A DNA stretch of 64,000 bases from an uncultured Gammaproteobacteria bacterium. Lineage in GTDB: Bacteria; Patescibacteriota; Microgenomatia; Daviesbacterales; UBA10151. Below are positions 28,735 through 36,899 of the stretch, one piece after another. The stretch is taken from the NCBI GenBank assembly GCA_964551605.1, contig CAZKCV010000006.1:70-64069 (forward strand), read 5' to 3'. Below the pieces are notes generated by a model. It worked only from the letters and a program-made list of their open reading frames with translations. It did not search any database and was not told the origin of the DNA. The position numbers and the translations under genes are program-made. Numbering within the stretch: the first letter of the stretch is position 1; each line of letters opens with the position of its first letter.

Positions 28735-29793
28735 ATGTTTGAACCGCGATACAACATTACCACTCTGACCCTTTCCCGGATTGCTGAAATTGCCGAGATA
28801 AAAGCGGCCGTTGAAAGGTCCCGCGTTTTGCCCTTAAATGAAGCTCAACTGAGGCGCCAGGCAATTCTGCGGATGGCCCATACCTCCACGTCAATTGAGG
28901 GAAATAAATTAGCTGAATTTGAAGTGGGGAAAGTCCTGGAAGGAAAGTCTGTCCGGGCGACCCAAAAGGATATTGTAGAGGTGGAAAACTACTACCAGGC
29001 CCTAAAGCTGATTGAGAAAATGGCCAGGGAAAAAGGCAATATAACGGTGGCGGAAATATTAAAATTACACAAGGCGGTGGTTGAAGGACTGGTGGAAAAT
29101 GAGAAAGTCGGGAGTTTCAGACCGGCTGATGTTTATGTATTGGATGATTTGGGAGACGGCCGGGAAATGTTAAGGTTTAAGGCCCCCCCTGCTTCCGGGG
29201 TTGAAAAAATGATAGAGGATTTAATGGCCTGGCTTAGATCATCAAAAAAAACAGGTATCCACCCGATTATCCGGGCCGGTATTTTGCACCTGCAGTTTGT
29301 CACCATCCACCCTTTTACAGACGGCAACGGCCGGGTGGCCAGACTCTTGACCCAGCTTCAGCTTTACCGGGACGGCTGGGATTTTCGGAAAATTTTGGTG
29401 CTGGAGGACTATTATAACCAGGACCGGATGTCTTATTATAATGCGGAAAACCGGGCCCAGGGAAAAACTTACCAGGAGGACATGGATTTTACCAACTGGC
29501 TGGAATACTTTACCACCGGGTTTTTGGTGGAAGCCAGAAAGGTTTTGGAACAAATCCAGTCAATAGGGTTTGGTAAAGTCAGCAGGAAGAGCGAGCAGAT
29601 CTTTTTAGACCGGGATGAGATTCAGGTAATGGATTTTTTGACTACTACAGGCAGGATTACCTCAGATGATGTGGCAGATATCTTAAAAGTAGCCAAAAGG
29701 ACTGCCCAGCTTAAGCTTAAGAATTTATCGGATAAGGGTCTGCTTAAATTAAAAGGCAAAGGCCCCAGCTCTTATTATATCCTTGCGCGATAG
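28735..29793 (+). CDS. Fic family protein with C-terminal wHTH
   Basis: STSIEGN and HPFTDGNGRVAR. Confidence 0.92.
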   Translation: MFEPRYNITTLTLSRIAEIAEIKAAVERSRVLPLNEAQLRRQAILRMAHTSTSIEGNKLAEFEVGKVLEGKSVRATQKDIVEVENYYQALKLIEKMAREKGNITVAEILKLHKAVVEGLVENEKVGSFRPADVYVLDDLGDGREMLRFKAPPASGVEKMIEDLMAWLRSSKKTGIHPIIRAGILHLQFVTIHPFTDGNGRVARLLTQLQLYRDGWDFRKILVLEDYYNQDRMSYYNAENRAQGKTYQEDMDFTNWLEYFTTGFLVEARKVLEQIQSIGFGKVSRKSEQIFLDRDEIQVMDFLTTTGRITSDDVADILKVAKRTAQLKLKNLSDKGLLKLKGKGPSSYYILAR

Positions 29794-29795
29794 GT

Positions 29796-29814
29796 TGCGC
29801 GATTATTGCGCGAT
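29796..29814 (+). repeat. 19-bp direct repeat, right of fic
   Basis: TGCGCGATTATTGCGCGAT. Confidence 0.85.
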
Positions 29815-29932
29815 AGCCACCACTTGCTATTTACAAAAAAATATGAAACAATTAGTTTGTGAGTAGAGTGTATTTAGTGTTTATACAGTAATTCACCTCC
29901 ACAGAAATCTAGAAAAAAGGAGGTGAATTTTT

Positions 29933-30193
29933 TTGAATAACAGAAAATTGTTCGTAGGTTCTTTACCTTGGGCTATTGACGATGCAGGACTTGCTCAGCT
30001 TTTTGCTCAGGCAGGTACAGTTGTTAGCGCACAGGTGGTTAAAGACCGTGAAACAGGCAGATCCAGAGGATTTGGTTTTGTTGAGATGTCTTCTGATGAA
30101 GAAGCTCAAAACGCAGTCAAAAACTTAAACGGAACAGATGTTGAAGGTCGTAAGATCGTTGTTAACATTGCCCGTCCCCGGGAAGACCGTTAA
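29933..30193 (+). CDS. RRM RNA-binding protein
   Basis: LFVGSL (RNP2), RGFGFVEM (RNP1); AGGAGG SD; TTG start. Confidence 0.92.
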   Translation: MNNRKLFVGSLPWAIDDAGLAQLFAQAGTVVSAQVVKDRETGRSRGFGFVEMSSDEEAQNAVKNLNGTDVEGRKIVVNIARPREDR

Positions 30194-30288
30194 TTTAAGC
30201 AAAATTTCCCTGCAGAAAAGGTAAGTTTTTATATCCTTAGTCAATAAGGCTTAAGTTTTTGTGACTTTTTTGTTACAATAACTGCTAA

Positions 30289-30370
30289 GCTGGTGTGGTG
30301 GAATGGCATACACGCTCGCCTTAAGAGCGAGTGCCCATAAGGCATAAGGGTTCGACTCCCTTCACCAGCA
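30289..30370 (+). tRNA. tRNA-Leu(TAA)
   Basis: GCTGGTG/CACCAGC acceptor, CTCGC-CTTAAGA-GCGAG, long variable arm, GTTCGA. Confidence 0.92.
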
Positions 30371-30377
30371 CTTTTTG

Positions 30378-30449
30378 CGGGGACTAGTTCATCGGTAGAA
30401 CGCTCGCTTTGGGAGCGAGAAGCACAGGGTTCAATTCCCTGGTCCCCGA
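30378..30449 (+). tRNA. tRNA-Pro(TGG)
   Basis: CGGGGAC/GTCCCCG acceptor, CTCGC-TTTGGGA-GCGAG, GTTCAA. Confidence 0.92.
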
Positions 30450-30523
30450 CTGAGTCATCGAAGGAGGAGGAACAGGGATAAAGAAGGAAGCGCCATTGAA
30501 CTTGTTCAAGGCGACCCTATCTT

Positions 30524-30540
30524 ATTCCCTGGTCCCCGAC
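30524..30540 (+). repeat. duplicated tRNA-Pro 3' end (att-like)
   Basis: ATTCCCTGGTCCCCGAC identical to 30434-30450. Confidence 0.85.
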
Positions 30541-30541
30541 A

Positions 30542-31177
30542 TTATTTTTCACCGGAATTTGATCCAGATCGATCCTCATCATCTTTTTCTTCTTCAATTT
30601 TATCCTCTTCATCTTGCCTATTCTCATCCCGCCCGGACCTGCTGATTTCTATTGCCTCATTAATTTCTTCATCCTCCGGTCCGCTTCTTATTTCTTCAAA
30701 TTCCTTCTCCTGGTCTTCTAACTTCTTCTCAATTTCCTCTGCATACTTACCTGAGCGGCTTGCCTCATTAACCGCTGCATTATACTCTTCCACTGCTTTT
30801 CGGACGCTTTCCTGACTTCTTCCTTTTTTACTTAGCCCTACAATATCCTTAGCCCTGCCTTCTACCCTGATTAGGGTATTACCGGAAACTTTTGATACAG
30901 CATCCTCAGATAATCTCCTGACTGCATAAAGTGTTTCCCCGGGCAATGAGTTTTGCGCAGCCCCGACTACTCCGCCTAACCCGCCCAGCAGAATAAATAT
31001 TATTAAGGTAGTTACGGCAAAAGCCCGGAAGTTAAAAAATCCGCTTTTTGCCTGAATAAGTTCCAGTTGTCTTTTCTTTTCCTGAAGTTCCTGCCAGCCG
31101 TCTTTAATAAACTTCTCTGACGGTTCAGTTTCAAGATATGCTCTTTTGAATTTTTTTAATCTCTTTTCAATATCCAT
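30542..31177 (-). CDS. DUF5667-type putative anti-sigma factor
   Basis: TM then AAQNSLPGETLY; acidic tail; downstream of an ECF sigma. Confidence 0.75.
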   Translation of the reverse strand: MDIEKRLKKFKRAYLETEPSEKFIKDGWQELQEKKRQLELIQAKSGFFNFRAFAVTTLIIFILLGGLGGVVGAAQNSLPGETLYAVRRLSEDAVSKVSGNTLIRVEGRAKDIVGLSKKGRSQESVRKAVEEYNAAVNEASRSGKYAEEIEKKLEDQEKEFEEIRSGPEDEEINEAIEISRSGRDENRQDEEDKIEEEKDDEDRSGSNSGEK

Positions 31178-31703
31178 TTTTCTTTATCCTCCCTTTAAGT
31201 TTTTGTAAAATCCGGTGTAGCCTGACCCTGATTGCACCCTCTTTTTTATGTAAGATACCGGCAATTTCACCAAAGTGTAACTCTTCAAAGTAACGAAAAA
31301 TTACCAGTTGTTTTTCTTCCCCGTCCAGTCCGGCCAGCAACTTGTGGACTATTTTTACATTATCCTCCTTAATCAATTTATCTTCAAAGTCAGCAGTATA
31401 GGCAGGCTCAGCTATGTTTTCCAAGGAGACCTCCTTTCTGCGCCTTTTGTAGTCAATAACCAGATTCCTGGCAATTGAAAAAAGATAGGCCTGCAGTGTC
31501 CCCTTCCGGGATGAAAAATTAGGTATCGCCACCCAGGCTTTGAGAAAAGTAAGCTGGGTAAGGTCCTCTCCCAGATCCCTGTCATAAGTAAGGTAATAAA
31601 TATAACGGAAAATCCGTTTCCGAAACTCTTCATAAAGCTTTCCAAAGGCATCTTTATCCCCTCCTTTTGCTTTCTTTATTACTCGTTCTAAATTGTCGGA
31701 CAC
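31167..31703 (-). CDS. ECF sigma-70 factor
   Basis: AFGKLY, EDLTQ.TF, YLFSIARN, region 4 HTH. Confidence 0.9.
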   Translation of the reverse strand: MSDNLERVIKKAKGGDKDAFGKLYEEFRKRIFRYIYYLTYDRDLGEDLTQLTFLKAWVAIPNFSSRKGTLQAYLFSIARNLVIDYKRRRKEVSLENIAEPAYTADFEDKLIKEDNVKIVHKLLAGLDGEEKQLVIFRYFEELHFGEIAGILHKKEGAIRVRLHRILQKLKGRIKKNGY

Positions 31704-31729
31704 ACCACATATTATAACTCCTCAATACA

Positions 31730-31780
31730 TAATACGTTCTGAGAAAGGATTTGTAACAATTTTTGCCCTCTTCCGTTATA
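31730..31780. promoter_or_regulatory. putative bidirectional ECF promoter
   Basis: central TGTAACA (31752-58) with CGTTATA 15 nt away on + and CGTATTA 15 nt away on -. Confidence 0.55.
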
Positions 31781-31814
31781 TATTTTAACGAAAAAAGAAA
31801 GGGGGTGAGAATCG

Positions 31815-32240
31815 ATGAGTAAATTCAAAAGATTTTTAGTCTTTGCTGTATTTTTGGCTCTGGCTTTTCCCTTTACAGTTTCTGCGGGAGATGAACCAAG
31901 CTTTGAGGCCAGTGAAGATAAGGTAGAAATCAGAGACGGGGACTTTAGGTTTGAGGCAGAAGGTGATGAATTTGAAATCAGAGACGGAGATTTCAGGTTC
32001 GAATCAGACGGGGAGGAATTCAAGACTGAAGGCACGGTAACAGCGGTTGAGGGCGATTCCTTTATGGTAGACGGGACAACCGTTATGTTTGATCCTGCTA
32101 CAGTTGAGATGGAAGGTGACCTGGTGGTAGGGGCTGAAGTTAAAGCTGAGGGCATGGTGGATGACGGATTCATCTTTACGGCTGAAGAAGTCAAAGCTGA
32201 TGAGGCTGAAGATGTAGATGAGGATGAGGACGAAGACTAG
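31815..32240 (+). CDS. secreted acidic protein, DUF5666-like domain
   Basis: signal peptide; repeated EIRDGDFRFE; EGTVTAV...FMVDG...LVVGAEVKAEG. Confidence 0.7.
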   Translation: MSKFKRFLVFAVFLALAFPFTVSAGDEPSFEASEDKVEIRDGDFRFEAEGDEFEIRDGDFRFESDGEEFKTEGTVTAVEGDSFMVDGTTVMFDPATVEMEGDLVVGAEVKAEGMVDDGFIFTAEEVKADEAEDVDEDEDED

Positions 32241-32261
32241 GGATAAACCCAACCTTAAGTC

Positions 32262-32297
32262 AAGTACAACCGGGTTAAAAGCCTGGTTGTACTTTTT
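32262..32297 (+). terminator. intrinsic terminator
   Basis: AAGTACAACCGGG...CCTGGTTGTACTTTTT. Confidence 0.75.
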
Positions 32298-32322
32298 AGA
32301 GGATAACTATACAATTAACAAT

Positions 32323-33063
32323 ATGCGGACAATTGCCTCAGTAGCTGCTCCAATACTTATTTTCTTCATTTTATTGTTTGCTTATACAAAAATAGCAGGG
32401 CCGATACCCTTTTCTGTAACCAGTGTTACCACTACTAAATCCGATACTTTTAATGTGACAGGAGAAGGAATGGTAGCAGCTAAGCCGGATATAGCCACCC
32501 TGAGTGTAGGTATTTTAGCTCAGGCTTCTACAGTCAAGGCAGCCCAGGATCAGATAAACTCAAATATTAATAGAGTTTCAGAAGCCGTTAAAAAGCTGGG
32601 GGTGGAACAGAAGGATATCCAAACCCAAAATTACCAAATCAACCCCACTTATGATTTCCAGGGCTCCACCCAACGTATCTCCGGCTACTCTGCTTCCACA
32701 AACCTTTCCATAAAGGTCAGGAAAATCGACCAGATAAACCAGGTTATAGATGAGGCAACAGCTAATGGGGCAAACCAGGTGGGAAATATTAGCTTTGACG
32801 TGGATGAAAAAGCTAAACTTCAAAATGAAGCCAGAGAAAAAGCAGTGGCAGAGGCCAGGAAAAAGGCGGAAAGCGCGGCCAAAATTGCCGGATTCAGGCT
32901 AGGCAGAATGGTTAATTATTCAGAAAGCTTTGACGGCGGGCCCGGGCCAATACAGCTTAGGACTTTAGCGGTTCCCGGAGGCGGTGAAAAAGTAAATACT
33001 ACAATAGAGCCGGGATCCTCTGAAATTAAAGTTGTAGTCACCTTAAGCTACGAAATTTTGTAG
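32323..33063 (+). CDS. SIMPL/DUF541 protein
   Basis: VTGEG...KPDIA, DIQT, GANQV, AREKAV..A. Confidence 0.88.
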   Translation: MRTIASVAAPILIFFILLFAYTKIAGPIPFSVTSVTTTKSDTFNVTGEGMVAAKPDIATLSVGILAQASTVKAAQDQINSNINRVSEAVKKLGVEQKDIQTQNYQINPTYDFQGSTQRISGYSASTNLSIKVRKIDQINQVIDEATANGANQVGNISFDVDEKAKLQNEAREKAVAEARKKAESAAKIAGFRLGRMVNYSESFDGGPGPIQLRTLAVPGGGEKVNTTIEPGSSEIKVVVTLSYEIL

Positions 33064-33144
33064 TCTTCTCCTTTCTTGAAATCAGTTATCCTTTTCGGAT
33101 AAAATAGACTAGCTTCGGGAAGTTTACTTCGAGCGAAGAGAGAA

Positions 33145-33219
33145 GCGGGTGTAATTCACCGGTAGAATGTCACTTTTCCAAAGTGAACGTAAGGGGTCCG
33201 ACTCCCCTCACCCGCTCCA
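33145..33219 (+). tRNA. tRNA-Gly(TCC), CCA encoded, atypical T-loop (TCCGACT)
   Basis: GCGGGTG/CACCCGC acceptor, TCACT-TTTCCAA-AGTGA. Confidence 0.88.
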
Positions 33220-33330
33220 GACGAATTTTATCGAACTGACAAATTTTAGCTTCAAAAAATTGCTGAATTTTGCTATAATCTAGGCTTATAACGTATTACC
33301 TTAACAGGAATCGAACTAGCCTTAATTTTA

Positions 33331-33495
33331 TTATTTCTCATCTTGCTCAACTTCTTCAAAATCTCCCATCCACTTTGACCCATAGACATGTTGCATAACA
33401 GCACAAGCTAACAAATATACAACTTCCTGTATGTCTTTTAGCTCTTCTTCCGAAGCATTAGGGTAATATTTTTTAATTACTTCCAAAGGTAACAT
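33331..33495 (-). CDS. 54-aa cassette microprotein, copy 1 (not in the ORF track)
   Basis: MLPLEVIKKYYPNASEEELKDIQEVVYLLACAVMQHVYGSKWMGDFEEVEQDEK; AGGAGG SD; 42/54 identical to copy 2. Confidence 0.75.
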   Translation of the reverse strand: MLPLEVIKKYYPNASEEELKDIQEVVYLLACAVMQHVYGSKWMGDFEEVEQDEK

Positions 33496-33557
33496 AATAA
33501 ATTATCAGCTCCTCCTTTTTTGACTTTTAAGCCTACAGAGACTATAATTCAGCCAAG

Positions 33558-34391
33558 ATGAGTTTTCTTGAGAGATTGTTGCATGGTATACAGGCAAGAG
33601 AAGAAATAGAGCGGAAAGCACAGATCTCAACAGCCGAGAAAGCTGAACTTGAAGCTAAAGCGGTTATTGAGACAAAAGAAAGTGATGTAAGAGATGAAAA
33701 TGCCAGACAATCAGTAATAAAGCAGGAAATAAAAGACGCTCTAGAAAGATATTCTGTAAAAGAGAGACTAGAGGCAATACGTGATGGTGTTTGGAAAGTG
33801 GGAGAGGTTAAGCCAAACGATAGAACCAATGACGGTCTCTACTTAATACATACATACCCAGCAGCAGTTCCAATTATGGTGAGAGGTACATGGACTGTGC
33901 CAACTCACGAGTCGCCCGCCTCTGGTAGTGGAGGCCCTAAAGAATGGACTTATAGCGGGTGGACGCACAATGGTTTTTTCAAAGAAGGAAGAAGGTTTGA
34001 CGCTGTAGTTATTAGAGCTCGAGCTACAGCCCACAAATCACCAGGCTCATCAAAGTTTACTGCAACCTCATCAAATCTTGTTTTTGATGCTGGTGGTGGA
34101 TGGTATGGATTAGAGCCAAAAGATAATTTTGATTGGCATTATGTACCGATGGAATATAGAGGTAGTTTTACGGAAAATTATAGGCACTTTCATGGATACG
34201 GGGAAATTGGCATTAATTCTCCTTCATATTTAGAAATGGTGATAACTGATTACTGCCACGATATAATTACAAACAAAAGAATTTCAACAGCCTATTACAA
34301 AATAACTGAACATAGCAGACTACCTCTACAAGCGGAGGCTGAAGAACAAAATAATTTAATAGGATTAAGACAAGCTGGGAAAATAAGATAA
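33558..34391 (+). CDS. hypothetical cargo protein
   Basis: 277-aa ORF, N-terminal coiled coil, TATAAT upstream. Confidence 0.65.
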   Translation: MSFLERLLHGIQAREEIERKAQISTAEKAELEAKAVIETKESDVRDENARQSVIKQEIKDALERYSVKERLEAIRDGVWKVGEVKPNDRTNDGLYLIHTYPAAVPIMVRGTWTVPTHESPASGSGGPKEWTYSGWTHNGFFKEGRRFDAVVIRARATAHKSPGSSKFTATSSNLVFDAGGGWYGLEPKDNFDWHYVPMEYRGSFTENYRHFHGYGEIGINSPSYLEMVITDYCHDIITNKRISTAYYKITEHSRLPLQAEAEEQNNLIGLRQAGKIR

Positions 34392-34422
34392 TAGCAGCTT
34401 TGAACACATTAAATTAAACCAT

Positions 34423-34956
34423 ATGGGATTTATAGAAAAATTAAAACAAGAAAAAGAAGCAATAGAGCAAGGGAAGGCAATCCAGCAGGCTAAATTAACT
34501 GAGGCAGAAGCACTTCATCAACAAAGAAGAGAGCAGGCCGCTACCTTTCGCACGGAAAGTGGAATCGGGGATCTAGCATTAACAGCTGCTGATCTTCTCA
34601 AAAAAGTAAGGTTTCCAGATGCTTCATATAGTAACGGCCAAGCTATTCAAAATCAATCAATTACAGAAGTTGATAGCGTTTTTGATAGTATCAGATGGGG
34701 TAAATTATCAAGAACTAGTTATATGAGATCTCCTCGCAAGGGCAATTATTATGTTAGTATTGCAACAAGACCTAATGGACAAATCGTTTTTTATGCGCAG
34801 AAAGAAATTTTAATACCAGAAACCGACTGGCGAAAGGACAAGGATCTTCTGGAACGCACTTTAGAACAAGCTTTGAATTTGCCAGGCGAAGCGTATGAGC
34901 CCGAAAAGGAAATTAACTATGGACCTTATATACCGCCTCTAAAGCCGAATTTTTAG
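34423..34956 (+). CDS. hypothetical cargo protein
   Basis: 177-aa ORF; N-terminus MGFIEKL resembles upstream MSFLERL. Confidence 0.65.
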   Translation: MGFIEKLKQEKEAIEQGKAIQQAKLTEAEALHQQRREQAATFRTESGIGDLALTAADLLKKVRFPDASYSNGQAIQNQSITEVDSVFDSIRWGKLSRTSYMRSPRKGNYYVSIATRPNGQIVFYAQKEILIPETDWRKDKDLLERTLEQALNLPGEAYEPEKEINYGPYIPPLKPNF

Positions 34957-35200
34957 TGAATGAATTTCTGATATGCATACTTATACAGTTTTTAGTTCTA
35001 AGGCGTAGACTAAATCTGGTAACAGACCGTCAGATAGGAATAATCTGATGAATTCTGGCAGTCTGGCTAAGATCACGTCAGGAGCTCCATACGAATTTTA
35101 TTGAAATAACAAACTTTAGCTTCAAAAAATTGCTAAAATTTGTCGAAATTTAATCCTATAACATAGGACCACAACGGGAATCGAACTAGCCTTAAGCTTG

Positions 35201-35365
35201 TTATTTCTCTTCTAGGACGGGTTCATCAAAATCTCCCATCCATTTCGACCCATAAAATTCTTGCATAACAGCACATGCCAATAAATAAACAACCTCTTGG
35301 ATATCTTTTAGCTCTTCTTCTGAAACATCGGGATAGTATTTTCTTATTTCTTCCATAGGTAGCAT
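35201..35365 (-). CDS. 54-aa cassette microprotein, copy 2
   Basis: paralog of 33331-33495. Confidence 0.75.
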   Translation of the reverse strand: MLPMEEIRKYYPDVSEEELKDIQEVVYLLACAVMQEFYGSKWMGDFDEPVLEEK

Positions 35366-35463
35366 CAACAAATCACCACCTTTTCTCCAATTACTAATCA
35401 CTTATTTTCTTCAACTATAGCTAATTATCGAAAGCTTCTAAAATTTGCTATACTGGATTCAGT

Positions 35464-36381
35464 ATGGAAAACAGTCCGGAAATGCCAGTTCAATCTTCTA
35501 CTATGCAAGGTCAGGCTGATATATCTACTCTGTTACCACCACAACAACAGCAAACACAACCGCTTTATTTCAAACACAGTGGCTTTATCGTAAGACTTTT
35601 TGCCCTTATTGTTGATGTAGTTATTATTTTATTAATTACACTTCTGTTAAACCTTATTCTTCAGTTAGCCACTGGACAGTCATTAAATTACAGTAAAGGT
35701 TCCCTATTTCAATTTCTGGTAACACTTATTTCCCTCATATATTCAATCACTTTTGTTGCGCTATATGGTGCTACTCCAGGCAAAATGCTCCTTCGTCTTA
35801 GGATTGTAAATACAAATTATCAGAAAGTTAGCTTCTTTCAAGTATTGAAGCGTGAAACAGGAGGCAAGATACTTTCAGGATTAGTTTTTAATCTCGGTTA
35901 TTTATGGGCTGCCATTGATAACAAAAAACAGGCTTGGCATGATAAAATTGCTAAAACCTACGTTATCCATATAGAACCCATTAGCTATCAGGAATATTTA
36001 AAGCAACAGGAAAAAGGCAAAATAGGTTCACTTCCTTATGTTTTAATCTTCGCAGGAGCAGCAGAAGTAATCTTTATATCATTCTTTGCATTTTCAGTTG
36101 TGAGACAGCTAACAACACTTTACGAAACCATGGAAACAGGTGGGTATAATCCTTTAATTACATACTTAATGTTAGGAATAATAGGATTGAGTTGTTTTGC
36201 TCAAATTATATGGGGCAGTATATTATGGTCTAAGAAAAAGGCACCAGAAACCATAAGTCAGAGTTCTATCAAAACTGCTAAAGTTCTACTAATACTCGGA
36301 GCAACTTTATTTTTCTTACTAATTCCATTCCTTGTTTTGTCTGTTATTCTTCCAATTTACAAATTAACAACTTCGTTTTAA
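35464..36381 (+). CDS. RDD family membrane protein
   Basis: GF.VRLFALIVD, GATPGK, R, QAWHDKIAKT. Confidence 0.85.
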   Translation: MENSPEMPVQSSTMQGQADISTLLPPQQQQTQPLYFKHSGFIVRLFALIVDVVIILLITLLLNLILQLATGQSLNYSKGSLFQFLVTLISLIYSITFVALYGATPGKMLLRLRIVNTNYQKVSFFQVLKRETGGKILSGLVFNLGYLWAAIDNKKQAWHDKIAKTYVIHIEPISYQEYLKQQEKGKIGSLPYVLIFAGAAEVIFISFFAFSVVRQLTTLYETMETGGYNPLITYLMLGIIGLSCFAQIIWGSILWSKKKAPETISQSSIKTAKVLLILGATLFFLLIPFLVLSVILPIYKLTTSF

Positions 36382-36485
36382 CTAACTTAAGAATACACAA
36401 GATTTTTAGCATCACCAGATATTCAAAAACTGAAAATGTGTCGTACAAGTTTGAGTATATTAATGTATAATTATTTTTACCGAAT

Positions 36486-36566
36486 GATCCTTGTGGTGAA
36501 AGTACCTTACTATTAGGGAGCTAATGTTGACATCATAATCGATGATTCATCTTGGCCACGAGGATC
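36486..36566 (+). ncRNA. candidate structured small RNA inside cassette 2
   Basis: 11-bp closing stem GATCCTTGTGG/CCACGAGGATC, two inner hairpins, TATAAT at 36466. Confidence 0.4.
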
Positions 36567-36840
36567 GAATTTCTGATATGCATATTTATGCATTTTTTAG
36601 ACCTAAGGCATAGACGAAGTCAGGTAGTAGACCGTCAGATAGGAACATTTTGAAGAATTCTGGCAGTCTGGCTAAGACCTCGTCAGGAGCTCCATACGGA
36701 ATACCCTGTGTATCAAGTCCCGAATATATTGATACAACGGGCTAATCGTCAATGTTTCATAAATCAAGTTGTTTTCTGATTTAAGTATTTTTTAATTTTT
36801 AGCCTCATTTTGGTTCGAATCCCGTCTCTTTACCAAAGAC

Positions 36841-36883
36841 TTGTCAATTATATTGACAAATAACTTGACAATTAAAATTGTCC
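36841..36883. promoter_or_regulatory. TTG(A/T)CAA array with 12-bp period upstream of fic (operator-like)
   Basis: units at 36841, 36853, 36865, partial at 36878. Confidence 0.45.
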
Positions 36884-36899
36884 TTTATATAATTGGAGT

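Larger units (their letters stand above)
33214..35093. mobile_element. cassette 1 at the tRNA-Gly 3' end (arm A1, cargo, arm B1)
   Basis: A1 33214-33495 is similar to 35084-35365; B1 34962-35093 is similar to 36567-36698. Confidence 0.65.
35084..36698. mobile_element. cassette 2 (arm A2, RDD cargo, arm B2)
   Basis: repeated arms; both junctions read CGTCAGGAGCTCCATACG. Confidence 0.65.
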
